A stretch of 64,000 nt of DNA, taken from assembly GCA_029238175.1 (NCBI GenBank), contig JAQWGO010000085.1, positions 2,995 to 66,994 on the forward strand, read 5' to 3'. Below are positions 9,191-18,389 of the stretch, piece by piece. The DNA is from Henriciella sp. (GTDB lineage: Bacteria > Pseudomonadota > Alphaproteobacteria > Caulobacterales > Hyphomonadaceae). The notes beneath the pieces were generated by a model. The model saw nothing but the letters and a program-made list of their open reading frames with translations, was not told where the DNA came from and did no database searches. Each line of letters starts with the position of its first letter. Position 1 is the first letter of the stretch. The position numbers were made by a program, and so were the translations under genes.

Positions 9191-10183
9191 ATGAAAGCCC
9201 TGCTCTCGAAAGCCCCAGGTGGCCCAGAAACACTGGTACTGGAAGATATTGAAGCTGCAACAGCAGGCAAGGGCCAAGTCGTCCTCGACGTTAAAGCCAT
9301 CGGCGTGAACTTCCCTGACACGCTGATCATCAAAGATATGTACCAGTTCAAGCCAGAGCGCCCGTTTAGCCCAGGCGGCGAAGTGTCTGGTGTCGTGAAA
9401 TCTGTCGGCGAAGGTGTCACCCATTTACAAGTTGGCCAGCGCGTCATTGGCTCATGCGGTTGGGGCGGTATGCGCGAAGAGCTTGTTCTAGAGGCGGCGC
9501 GCTGCATTCCAATTCCAGATAGCGTTCCATTCAATGATGCCGCCGCTTTTGTGATGACCTACGGCACATCTTATTACGCCCTGAAAGATCGCGCCGATCC
9601 TAAGCCGGGCGAAAGCCTGCTCGTTCTTGGTGCGGCTGGCGGCGTTGGTATTGCGGCAGTTGAACTCGGCAAAGCCATGGGACTAGAAGTCATCGCGGCC
9701 TGCTCAACACAAGAAAAAGTCGATTTCTGCCTGTCAAAAGGCGCTGATAAAGGCCTTGTCTACCCAACGGGTGAGCTAGATCGCGCGCAGCAGAAAGAAT
9801 TGTCCAACCAGATCAAAGAGCTTGGCGGCGGCGGCGTAGACATCATCTATGACGGCGTTGGCGGCTCATACGCTGAACCGGCAATCCGCGCGATGAACTG
9901 GGAAGGCCGCTTCCTCGTTGTCGGTTTCCCAGCGGGCATTCCAAAAATCCCGTTGAACCTGACCTTGCTTAAGTCATGCGATATTCGCGGTGTCTTCTGG
10001 GGCGCCGCCGTCGCACGCGACCCAAAAGCTAACCAACAGAACCTTGCAGAGATGTTTGCAATGTATGCTGAGGGTAAAATCAAGCCGCATGTCAGCGAGA
10101 CCTTCCCCCTAGAACGCGGCGGTGAAGCCATTCAATACCTCGTCGACCGCAAAGCTCTGGGTAAGGTGGTTGTGACGGTTTAA
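9191..10183 (+). CDS. NADPH:quinone oxidoreductase / zinc-type alcohol dehydrogenase family
   Basis: 330-aa medium-chain dehydrogenase/reductase (MDR)-fold ORF. It has the Rossmann motif LVLGAAGGVGIAAVELGK and a GroES-like N-terminal domain. Confidence 0.88.
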   Translation: MKALLSKAPGGPETLVLEDIEAATAGKGQVVLDVKAIGVNFPDTLIIKDMYQFKPERPFSPGGEVSGVVKSVGEGVTHLQVGQRVIGSCGWGGMREELVLEAARCIPIPDSVPFNDAAAFVMTYGTSYYALKDRADPKPGESLLVLGAAGGVGIAAVELGKAMGLEVIAACSTQEKVDFCLSKGADKGLVYPTGELDRAQQKELSNQIKELGGGGVDIIYDGVGGSYAEPAIRAMNWEGRFLVVGFPAGIPKIPLNLTLLKSCDIRGVFWGAAVARDPKANQQNLAEMFAMYAEGKIKPHVSETFPLERGGEAIQYLVDRKALGKVVVTV

Positions 10184-10204
10184 GAACACTCCTAAGTCAG
10201 GCCT

Positions 10205-11050
10205 ATGCCTGAATTACCCGAAGTCGAAACAGTTAGACGCGGCCTTTCTCCAGTGATGGAGGGACGCCGCGTTTTGCGTTTGGAAGTCAATCGACCAGAC
10301 TTGCGCTTCCCATTTCCAGATCGGTTTCAACAGCGCGTTGAAGGCTCAACCATTGTTCGAATGGGACGGCGCGCCAAATTTTTGGTGACAGAACTTTCCA
10401 CGCAAGAAGCTCTCGTCATGCATCTTGGTATGTCGGGCCGGTTCACAGTCAACAATGATGCCGCTGCAGAGTTCCACCACGATCCCGGCACCAATCCAAA
10501 ACATGATCATGTCGTGTTCCATATGGAAGGCGGCGCGACCGTAACGTACAATGATCCGCGTCGTTTCGGCTTCATGGAAATGTGGCCAATGGCCCAGATT
10601 GAAGACTATCCGCGCGTGAAACATCTCGGCCCGGAACCTCTCAGCAATCACTTTAGCGCCGCCTATCTCGACGAAGCCTTAGTCGGCAAAGCAGCGCCAA
10701 TCAAAGCTGCACTACTGGATCAATCGATTATTGCCGGGCTGGGGAATATCTATGTCTGTGAAGCCCTATTCCGCGCGGGGATCAGCCCGCGTCGCAAATC
10801 ATCAACGCTCATCGGCGCTCGCAACGCGCGCCTCGCCCCGTTCATCAATGACGTCATAACCGAAGCTATCGCGGCAGGCGGGTCCAGCATTTCCGACTTT
10901 AGCAATGCAAGCGGCGAGTTGGGCTATTTCCAGAAACGCTTCGATGTTTATGATCGCGAGGGCCAGCCCTGCACGACATGCGGCGCGGCCATCAAACGCC
11001 TCGTTCAGTCAGGCCGCTCCAGCTTCTATTGCAGTACCTGCCAGCGCTAA
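10205..11050 (+). CDS. mutM: formamidopyrimidine-DNA glycosylase
   Basis: N-terminus MPELPEVETVRRGL and a C-terminal zinc finger (CTTCGAAIKRLVQSGRSSFYCSTCQ). Confidence 0.96.
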   Translation: MPELPEVETVRRGLSPVMEGRRVLRLEVNRPDLRFPFPDRFQQRVEGSTIVRMGRRAKFLVTELSTQEALVMHLGMSGRFTVNNDAAAEFHHDPGTNPKHDHVVFHMEGGATVTYNDPRRFGFMEMWPMAQIEDYPRVKHLGPEPLSNHFSAAYLDEALVGKAAPIKAALLDQSIIAGLGNIYVCEALFRAGISPRRKSSTLIGARNARLAPFINDVITEAIAAGGSSISDFSNASGELGYFQKRFDVYDREGQPCTTCGAAIKRLVQSGRSSFYCSTCQR

Positions 11051-11310
11051 GCGCCCTTTTTCTTACAGAATTTCGTCTGACCAACGCCGCGCATCGCACG
11101 CTTGATACAGCGATAGTTCTGCTTTTGACGGCGGCCATTCTGCGTCAGCACAGGCACTAATCCCATCACCATAATTGACAGGATCAAACCATACTCGATT
11201 GCCGTGGCACCGCGTTCATCATGTCTAAAAGACTCGCCCCGCCCCTGCTGCCCAAACAAGAACGCGCGTCTCGATAAATTGTGTTTATGCACCGTGTTAA
11301 TTCCAACCAA
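11047..11310 (-). CDS. flp: Flp/Fap-family type IVb prepilin (start uncertain)
   Basis: Contains the Flp processing and hydrophobic core motif ERG/ATAIEYGLILSIMVMGL. The track start is TTG; a GTG at 11292 is possible. The basic C-terminus with 2 Cys is atypical. Confidence 0.55.
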   Translation of the reverse strand: MVGINTVHKHNLSRRAFLFGQQGRGESFRHDERGATAIEYGLILSIMVMGLVPVLTQNGRRQKQNYRCIKRAMRGVGQTKFCKKKGA

Positions 11311-11408
11311 CAGCGCCCCGACATTGGTCTACGCGCTTAAGGTTAGCATCAATGAAAAAGGCTCGCGAAAATTGCGCGAGCCTTGGTAATTGTCGGTAAA
11401 GATGCTGC

Positions 11409-12818
11409 CTATCCGTTACCCCAAAGGCGCTGCCACCATTTTTTCTTTTCCTTTGGCGGCGCGACACCAACAGATGCTGCGGAGTATCCGCCATCAGCCA
11501 TCTTCTGCTTTATGTCTTCGACATCCCATCCGGTCAGCTCAGATAACGCATCAGCCTCTTTGTCCCAGCGACTGACAAGTGTTTCAGCATACTCACCTGC
11601 CGCTTCACACTGGCCATAATCCCCGCGCCATGGGTGACGCAAAACATAACGGCCTTGATAGTTCTCACGGTCGCCAGTCACTTGGAAGTTCAGGTCCTCC
11701 GGGAAGGACTTACCATCATAACGAACATGAAGACGGGTCACGAACGCATCAACTGCCTGCGGCATAGGACGGCTGCGCATTGGGCGAGGCGTCGGCCGGA
11801 TCGGGTCAATTTGGTCGCCCTGCTCATCTAGCCACATAACACCAAGCTCACGAAGTTCAGAACGCGACAGCGGATTTGCCGCGCACGGATCACACCAGCT
11901 CATATCCCATGCATACTCCATGAAGACGGCCTTATTGTTCTGCTTCTCAGTTTGGTGGGCAAACATGGCTTTATAGAACTCACCAAACTCGTCCTTCACA
12001 TAGATCGGCACGTCCATATTTGATGGCAGCTTCACCGTTTTGTAATTCGTTGTTTCCACGCGGCCTTTCCGCGTAATTGCAAACACGAACAGCTCTTGTT
12101 TGCCTTCCGCATTCACGGTCCCCAGTCGGATGGGGAGCATGAAATCATCATCCTCATACGCCACCTGTATGGGACGCAGCATGCTGGAACCAGAGTGCCG
12201 CTCCAAGTTTACCTTTGCCACAAAGAACTTCATGCCGCGCTTCAAATACGCGCCAACAACATCTTCGGCCCCATCTGGAATGCGGTAGCCTTCTTGGTTT
12301 AACCAAGTGATCAAACCGTCGCTCTGTTCAGCAGAGAGGATGAGAATATCATATTCACCAACCTCATACTCAGCTTCAATCGTAACCCCGAGGTCCTCGG
12401 CCTCCATTGCGACGCTTTCCATCACCGGCTCAGGCATACGTGAAGCGGTTACTGTTACGCGTTGAAGCTTTCTCATTTCACATGGGTTTTCATCATAATA
12501 CTCAACCAAACGCGGCGCTGTGTACTCATCCAAATGATCCACCAGTGCCGGGTTCGCGACATTAATCTGTTCACGCTCAGGAATATCAACAACCGGAACA
12601 ACCATCGCAAACTCGCTCGCATCGCCGCGATAATCGCTTGCCATGGTTATCACGGTGCGATCTTCGTCACGCACAAGCACAACCTTTGACGCGTCATTGA
12701 AAAGGTCCGTATCCGCCTTTGCGACATAGAAGCCGCAAAATGCAGAGGCGGTTGGCGCACTAAGCGCGAATGATGTGAGGCCGAACGCGAGTGCGGCCCC
12801 GAACTGTTTCAGGTTCAT
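11409..12818 (-). CDS. DUF2330-like exported protein
   Basis: 469 aa with signal peptide MNLKQFGAALAFGLTSFALSAPTASA. This is followed by FCGFYVAKADTDLFN, as I recall for DUF2330. The C-terminal tail is basic and Trp-rich. Confidence 0.6.
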   Translation of the reverse strand: MNLKQFGAALAFGLTSFALSAPTASAFCGFYVAKADTDLFNDASKVVLVRDEDRTVITMASDYRGDASEFAMVVPVVDIPEREQINVANPALVDHLDEYTAPRLVEYYDENPCEMRKLQRVTVTASRMPEPVMESVAMEAEDLGVTIEAEYEVGEYDILILSAEQSDGLITWLNQEGYRIPDGAEDVVGAYLKRGMKFFVAKVNLERHSGSSMLRPIQVAYEDDDFMLPIRLGTVNAEGKQELFVFAITRKGRVETTNYKTVKLPSNMDVPIYVKDEFGEFYKAMFAHQTEKQNNKAVFMEYAWDMSWCDPCAANPLSRSELRELGVMWLDEQGDQIDPIRPTPRPMRSRPMPQAVDAFVTRLHVRYDGKSFPEDLNFQVTGDRENYQGRYVLRHPWRGDYGQCEAAGEYAETLVSRWDKEADALSELTGWDVEDIKQKMADGGYSAASVGVAPPKEKKKWWQRLWGNG

Positions 12819-13731
12819 TTGAATGTCCCTCCTTGGAATTCCATTGGAACCGCTTGGCCGGAAGCAAGCGATCTAGAATAGGTGTAAGCAGCGCCAAGCC
12901 TGCTAGCGCATAGAGCATTGAGCCGCGAATATGGAAGCGCCAGCTTAACCAAGCCGCCAGCGCCGCCACCGCGAAAGCGAATACAAAACGCCCAGTCCGC
13001 GAATCCGGCGTTGAGCGCGGGTCGGTGATCATGAAAAATGCGAAGACCAGCAAAGCACCAGACTGCATTTGGTGCATCGGGATCGTCATCGGATCGCCAA
13101 GATATAAAGCGCGCCCAACCAGCATTGCAGCAAATCCCGCCAGAAACCCTAAAGCAATATCCAACCGCTTCGCGCTCGACAGAACTAGCGCAGCAAAGCC
13201 AATCGCAAATGCCGCAAAAATTGGGGCTTGCCCCCACTGCCCGGGAGAAACCCAAGCATCTGCGCCAGCGAGTAAGCTAACAATAACGATCCCAATACAC
13301 GCAGGATTGAAGAGATGCTTGCCTTTATAGCGGATCAGAAACTTTGCACTGATCCCAATAATGCCCGCCGCAAACCAAAACCAAAGCGAATCGGCACGCA
13401 GCAGGATTGTCAGGCCTAATGACGTGATCAAAGCTGACTTCCACTGGAACCCCGCAAACCAACCAACAATTCCAACTTGCGCGCGTGAAACACGCCAATG
13501 GGTGCCTGACGGTGCTTTACGAGGGGCCGCACGCGCATTTGCAAACACCGTCCCAAATGCCTGCGCCAGCATCGCGCCCGTAACCGCCATAAGCAGGCTC
13601 AAAGGTGTCGCGCCAAAATCACTTGTAAAAAACGAGACTGAGAACAGTCCAGAAAGAGCAATGATCTGCCAATGCCTTGCATCAACATTGATCGCTTTGA
13701 ATATCTTCAAAGATGCGTCCTTAACTCCCAT
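12760..13731 (-). CDS. stand-alone RnfD/NqrB-family polytopic membrane protein
   Basis: KHLFNPA and FFMITDPRSTP motifs are characteristic of the NQR2/RnfD/RnfE family. It has about 9 TM helices. Trimmed to MGVKDASL. Its 3' end overlaps the next gene's start by 59 nt. Confidence 0.65.
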   Translation of the reverse strand: MGVKDASLKIFKAINVDARHWQIIALSGLFSVSFFTSDFGATPLSLLMAVTGAMLAQAFGTVFANARAAPRKAPSGTHWRVSRAQVGIVGWFAGFQWKSALITSLGLTILLRADSLWFWFAAGIIGISAKFLIRYKGKHLFNPACIGIVIVSLLAGADAWVSPGQWGQAPIFAAFAIGFAALVLSSAKRLDIALGFLAGFAAMLVGRALYLGDPMTIPMHQMQSGALLVFAFFMITDPRSTPDSRTGRFVFAFAVAALAAWLSWRFHIRGSMLYALAGLALLTPILDRLLPAKRFQWNSKEGHSNEPETVRGRTRVRPHIIRA

Positions 13732-13828
13732 AGCGCTAAAACTGCACATCAAATGCGGACGAAATAGGGCGAGCAATCAATGCCCCGCGACACATAAGGC
13801 CATAGCCCTTTAACCCTTGTCTGCTTAG

Positions 13829-14614
13829 ATGAGAGGTATGAGCGAGCAAGATACCGTTTCCTTTGGGTTTGAAACCGTCACACCGGACGAGAAAGTCGAC
13901 CGCGTAAAGGGCGTGTTCCGCTCTGTTGCGTCCAAGTATGACGTCATGAATGACTTTATGTCAGTCGGCATTCACCGCCTCTGGAAACATGACACGATGA
14001 ACCGCCTGAACCCGCAACCGGGTGAGGCGCATCTTGATGTTGCTGGTGGCACGGGTGAACTTGCCCGCGCCTTCTTAAGACGCGCTGACGAAGCCGGAAA
14101 ACGCCGCGGTGATCCGCGTAAAGCAACAGCAATCGTATGCGATATCAACGATGCCATGCTCGAAGCTGGAAAAGCACGCGATGACAATGCTGAGTGGGGC
14201 GACCGCTTGGATTGGGTCTGCGCCGACGGCACCGCCCTGCCCTATCCCGATCGTAGTTTTGATGCGCTCACCATCAGCTTTGGCATCCGCAATTTCGCTG
14301 ACCGTGTCGCCGGACTGAAAGAGTTTAGGCGCGTGCTAAAACCGGGTGGCCGCCTTGGCGTCCTAGAGTTCAGCCACATGACCGTACCGATGGCTCAAAA
14401 AGCTTATGATGCTTACAGTTTCAATGTTATCCCAGCTGTTGGAAAAATGGTAACCGGTGATCGCGATAGCTATCAATACCTCGTTGAATCAATCCGCCAA
14501 TTCCCAACCCAAGACGCTTTCAAGGCTGAGGTTGAAAGCGCTGGGTTTTCAAACGTAAGTGTTACAAATTTTTCTGGCGGTATCGCGGCACTTCACTTTG
14601 GTTGGGCGATCTAG
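13829..14614 (+). CDS. ubiE: ubiquinone/menaquinone biosynthesis C-methyltransferase
   Basis: F(R)SVASKYDVMNDFMSVGIHRLWK and the SAM motif LDVAGGTGE. It is followed by ubiB. An ATG at 13838 is an alternative start. Confidence 0.94.
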   Translation: MRGMSEQDTVSFGFETVTPDEKVDRVKGVFRSVASKYDVMNDFMSVGIHRLWKHDTMNRLNPQPGEAHLDVAGGTGELARAFLRRADEAGKRRGDPRKATAIVCDINDAMLEAGKARDDNAEWGDRLDWVCADGTALPYPDRSFDALTISFGIRNFADRVAGLKEFRRVLKPGGRLGVLEFSHMTVPMAQKAYDAYSFNVIPAVGKMVTGDRDSYQYLVESIRQFPTQDAFKAEVESAGFSNVSVTNFSGGIAALHFGWAI

Positions 14615-14617
14615 AAG

Positions 14618-16135
14618 ATGTTTAAGGCGCTCGCTGACTATGGCCGACTGTTGCGGGCTGGCACTTCGCTGGCGCGGCATGACGTTATTCTGCCCGGTGA
14701 GTATCATTCACGCCTCCCCTTCCCGGCAAAGCTAGCGGGTAAAACGCTCCGTCTGTTTGGCGGCAAAGCCAAAGGACGACAAGGTGAACGCCTCGCCACA
14801 GCTCTCGAAAAACTAGGCCCCGCATACATCAAGCTTGGCCAATTTCTCGCGACACGGCCAGACGTATTTGGCGTGGAAACCACGACCGACCTTTCCCGGC
14901 TTAAAGACAAAATCCCACCCTTCAGCATGGCGGAAGCGCGCAAAGCGCTGAACGAAGAGTTCACAGACGCTGAGGCAACGGCCCTCTTCCCCGATCTATC
15001 TGAACCGATTGCAGCCGCCTCACTGGCGCAGGTTCACCGCCTGCAGACCTCCGACGGACCAAAAGCCGTTAAAATCTTACGCCCCAATGTTGAAACGCTG
15101 ATCAACCGCGAGCTTAACGCAATGAAACGCGCCGCGCGCACCGTTGAACGCGTGAATGTCGAGAGCCGGCGCATGGAACCGGTGGCGTTCACAGAGACCG
15201 TCGCCGCCAGCATGCAAAAAGAACTCGATCTTCGCTTAGAAGCAGGCGGCGCGGATGAATTGCGCAACCTCTCTTTTGAAGATGGCCACTTCCATATCCC
15301 GGCGGTGGACTGGGCCAGAACCGGCAAACGCATCCTGACGACAGAATGGGTTGACGGTAAACCGCTTACCGATCCGGCGGCGCTCGACACGCCCGGTATC
15401 GACAGAGAAGCACTGGCCAATAATGTGACACGCGGTTTCTTGAACCACGCAATCCATCACGGTGTGTTCCATGCGGACATGCACGAAGGCAACATGATTA
15501 TCACGCCAGATGGACGCCTCGCTTTAGTCGATTTCGGCCTCATCGGCCGCATCGGTATGGCTGAGCGTCGTTTCTTAGCGGAAATTCTATGGGGCTTCAT
15601 CCGCAGAGACTATTACCGCGTTGCCGAAGTGCATTTTGAAGCCGGATACGTCCCGAAAGACAAATCAGTCGGTGATTTCGCACAAGCCCTTCGCAGTGTT
15701 GGCGAGCCGATCCACGGCAAGTCCGCCAGCGAAGTCTCAATGGGCCGGCTCCTTCTGCAACTTTTAGATTTCACCCACACATTCGGAATGCATATGCGGC
15801 CCGAACTCGTCTTGCTTCAGAAGACAATGGTTCAAGTCGAAGGTGTGGCCAGATCAATCGACGAGAATCACGACATCTGGAAAGCTGCTGAGCCGATTGT
15901 CAAAGAATGGATCACGCAGAACCTTGGCCCTGCGGGGATTGCTAAACTCATCACCCAAAACGCGCGCGAAGTAACAGATCGCCTCAAACGCCTTCCCGAA
16001 GTGATGGACCAATTCGAGGCGCAGTTGAACAGACCTGAACCAACACCGCCGCCGCGCGAACGGTTTGCGCCATGGTGGGGCTGGATGGGCTTCATTCTCG
16101 CTTTGGGCACACTCGCCGTACTCCTAAAAAACTAG
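14618..16135 (+). CDS. ubiB: ubiquinone biosynthesis regulatory kinase-like protein UbiB (ABC1 family)
   Basis: 505 aa with ABC1 kinase-like motifs (AAASLAQVH, FHADMHEGN, DFG). It has a C-terminal TM helix and classic ubiE-ubiB synteny. Confidence 0.93.
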   Translation: MFKALADYGRLLRAGTSLARHDVILPGEYHSRLPFPAKLAGKTLRLFGGKAKGRQGERLATALEKLGPAYIKLGQFLATRPDVFGVETTTDLSRLKDKIPPFSMAEARKALNEEFTDAEATALFPDLSEPIAAASLAQVHRLQTSDGPKAVKILRPNVETLINRELNAMKRAARTVERVNVESRRMEPVAFTETVAASMQKELDLRLEAGGADELRNLSFEDGHFHIPAVDWARTGKRILTTEWVDGKPLTDPAALDTPGIDREALANNVTRGFLNHAIHHGVFHADMHEGNMIITPDGRLALVDFGLIGRIGMAERRFLAEILWGFIRRDYYRVAEVHFEAGYVPKDKSVGDFAQALRSVGEPIHGKSASEVSMGRLLLQLLDFTHTFGMHMRPELVLLQKTMVQVEGVARSIDENHDIWKAAEPIVKEWITQNLGPAGIAKLITQNAREVTDRLKRLPEVMDQFEAQLNRPEPTPPPRERFAPWWGWMGFILALGTLAVLLKN

Positions 16136-16225
16136 TCATTCCCCTGTGACGCGAACACAGTCGTTTCGTTTACGAAACATGCTAGTTGACGCTATGCTCT
16201 GACTTTGTTTCAGAAGGGGAAAACG

Positions 16226-16987
16226 ATGAAACGTCTTGTTTTAATAGCTGGATTTGCAGCCGCACTGGCATCACCTGCGGTGGCGCAGTCTTATAAATGC
16301 GTCAGCGGCGAACTTCTCGGCGGCCCAGAAGGCTATAGCTGCGAAACCAATGCTCAAGGTGAGATCGTCTCTGTGCGCCCTGGAAAAAGCACGCAAACCA
16401 CGACCAGAACCGTAACGCGGTCCGCGCCAACCACACGCACCGTGACGCGTTCAGCCACGACAACCCATTCAGCACCTCATACGCATGGCTCAAACAGCCA
16501 CAACCATCCCCACACCCATACCGATGGAACACGCCACAGCCACCCGCACTCACATGGGGCCCAGCACACGTCACATCGCGCGGCGCCAACTGTGACGCGG
16601 ACAACATCAAGACTGGCGCCGCGCCAAAGGCTCAGCGACACACCGCCGAAGCGCCCGGTCCCACGCCCTCTTCCAACTTGTGATACCGCGTATACGCGTC
16701 TGCCAGATACAAGAGATGGCCGTCGCCAGATCGAAGTCTGCTATGCTGATCTTACCCCCGTCACAGTTGCCACGGCGGACTCAATCTACGCACGTATCAA
16801 GTCAGCCGCACGCAAAGCATGTCGCGGCCAAGGCTTCTCGCGTTACGGAACCAATCGCTCTTGTGAACGCGGCGCAGTTTACGATGCAGTCATGGATGTG
16901 AACCTGCCAGCGCTAGATTCGCTCTATGCGCAGAAATCAGGCAAGCGTATTCCACGCGTGAAAGTTGGCCAACTACGTCGCAACTAA
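16226..16987 (+). CDS. UrcA-family periplasmic protein with Thr/Arg repeats and a histidine-rich tract
   Basis: The ATG at 16226 follows an AAGGGGA RBS. Signal peptide is MKRLVLIAGFAAALASPAVA. The C-terminus is UrcA-like (VCYADL...IYARIKSAARKAC). The central region HSAPHTHGSNSHNHPHTHTDGTRHSHPHSHGAQHTSH has 13 His in 37 aa. Confidence 0.7.
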   Translation: MKRLVLIAGFAAALASPAVAQSYKCVSGELLGGPEGYSCETNAQGEIVSVRPGKSTQTTTRTVTRSAPTTRTVTRSATTTHSAPHTHGSNSHNHPHTHTDGTRHSHPHSHGAQHTSHRAAPTVTRTTSRLAPRQRLSDTPPKRPVPRPLPTCDTAYTRLPDTRDGRRQIEVCYADLTPVTVATADSIYARIKSAARKACRGQGFSRYGTNRSCERGAVYDAVMDVNLPALDSLYAQKSGKRIPRVKVGQLRRN

Positions 16988-18375
16988 GCGCCTGTTGGAA
17001 GCGTAATGATAAACCGGGTCCCTTGTGGCCCGGTTTCATCAAGCGCCAGTTCACCGCCCATCGCGCGCGCCAAATCTCGCGAAAGCGCCAAGCCTAGGCC
17101 CGTACCGTCCCGGCGGGTAGAGCCTGCAAAAGCCTTGAAAAGGTTTTTCTGCGCCTGTTCAGGCAGCCCTGGACCGGTATCGAGCACACTCAAAGCAGCG
17201 CCATCAAATCCAACAGAGACAGTTCCCTGCCCCTCCATCGCTTCAGCAGCGTTCCGAATGAGGTTCGCGCATATCCGGTGCAGATGATCAGGGTCGGCTT
17301 GCGCAGTCGCGTCGCCTACAATTTCATTGGCAAACGTCACACCCTCATGCGCCGCTAATGCCTCGGATGCGGCCTCTGAGACCAAGTCAGCCAGCGGCAC
17401 CGCTTGAACATTCGCCTCGGGCACTGAGGATCGTCCGTACTTCAACGTATCACTGGCAAGACGGATCGCACGCTCCAATGCACGCTCCAGTCGCGGCAAA
17501 GACTTAGCAACACGGGGATCTTCTGAACGCGATAGACTGTCCGACACAAGTTGAGCTGTCGCCAGCGAATTGCGCAAATCATGATTGATCTTCGCGACCG
17601 CTTCACCCAGTTGCGCCAATCGCTCTTGCTGCCTGAAACTATCCGAAACCGCGGTCTCCATATCAGCTAAAGCGTTCTGGGCGCGGCCAATCTCATCACG
17701 GCGGGGCGTTGGCGACAGGCGCCGCTTCCAGCCGCCCGGATCGTCGCGGAACTGTTCAACCGACATCGTAACGCGCTGCATTGGCCGAACGAAGGTGAAC
17801 AGCAACATCAAGTAGAGCAAACTACCGGTAACAATCGAAATAATCAGCGAGAGCCACAGAATGTTGAGGGCATAATCCCCCATCGCCTTGCGAAGCGGCT
17901 TTTCATCTACAACAATTTCGAGAATGCGTCCGAACCCGGTACCCGGTGCGCGAATAATTAAAAACCGATCATCGGGTGCGAAAAATGTCCTGACCGTTTC
18001 ACCAATCTCGGCAAATCCCGGTCGTTCATTGTACAATATTTCTTTTGAGACGCAGCAAATCTCAGACTTCGAGTCCAATATCCGCTCCCGCATATCGGCG
18101 CTTAGTTCCGCAACAGAATGAACCCTAGCGCTTTTCAGCAGGTCAGCCGCCAACTCGTCAGAGACCATGCGACTAGGCGCGGCCTCTAGGGCGAGCGCCG
18201 CCAATCGGCCCGCTTCAACTTGGTCTTTGATCCAATCAGTTCTGAAGCGCGTGGCGCTCGGCACGAAAATCAGCGCCTCCACAACCAAAACACTGACAAT
18301 CGTTATCAGAAACAGCCTGAAAGACAGGCTATCGCGCCACTTCAAGCGGCTTGTATGATTGGGCAAATCGGTCAC
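16984..18375 (-). CDS. membrane sensor histidine kinase (no adjacent response regulator)
   Basis: Two TM helices flank a periplasmic segment. It has an H-box (INHDLRNSLA) and HATPase_c N/G boxes (NLIRNAAEA, DTGPGLP, GTGLGLALS). Confidence 0.88.
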   Translation of the reverse strand: MTDLPNHTSRLKWRDSLSFRLFLITIVSVLVVEALIFVPSATRFRTDWIKDQVEAGRLAALALEAAPSRMVSDELAADLLKSARVHSVAELSADMRERILDSKSEICCVSKEILYNERPGFAEIGETVRTFFAPDDRFLIIRAPGTGFGRILEIVVDEKPLRKAMGDYALNILWLSLIISIVTGSLLYLMLLFTFVRPMQRVTMSVEQFRDDPGGWKRRLSPTPRRDEIGRAQNALADMETAVSDSFRQQERLAQLGEAVAKINHDLRNSLATAQLVSDSLSRSEDPRVAKSLPRLERALERAIRLASDTLKYGRSSVPEANVQAVPLADLVSEAASEALAAHEGVTFANEIVGDATAQADPDHLHRICANLIRNAAEAMEGQGTVSVGFDGAALSVLDTGPGLPEQAQKNLFKAFAGSTRRDGTGLGLALSRDLARAMGGELALDETGPQGTRFIITLPTGA

Positions 18376-18389
18376 CCAGCCCAGTTAAA

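Noticed and set aside
12815-13255. 146-aa ORF in another frame inside the RnfD-like gene. It could have suggested a frameshifted pseudogene.
   Set aside because: The RnfD-like frame is continuous from 13731 to 12760 and carries both family motifs, so no frameshift is needed.
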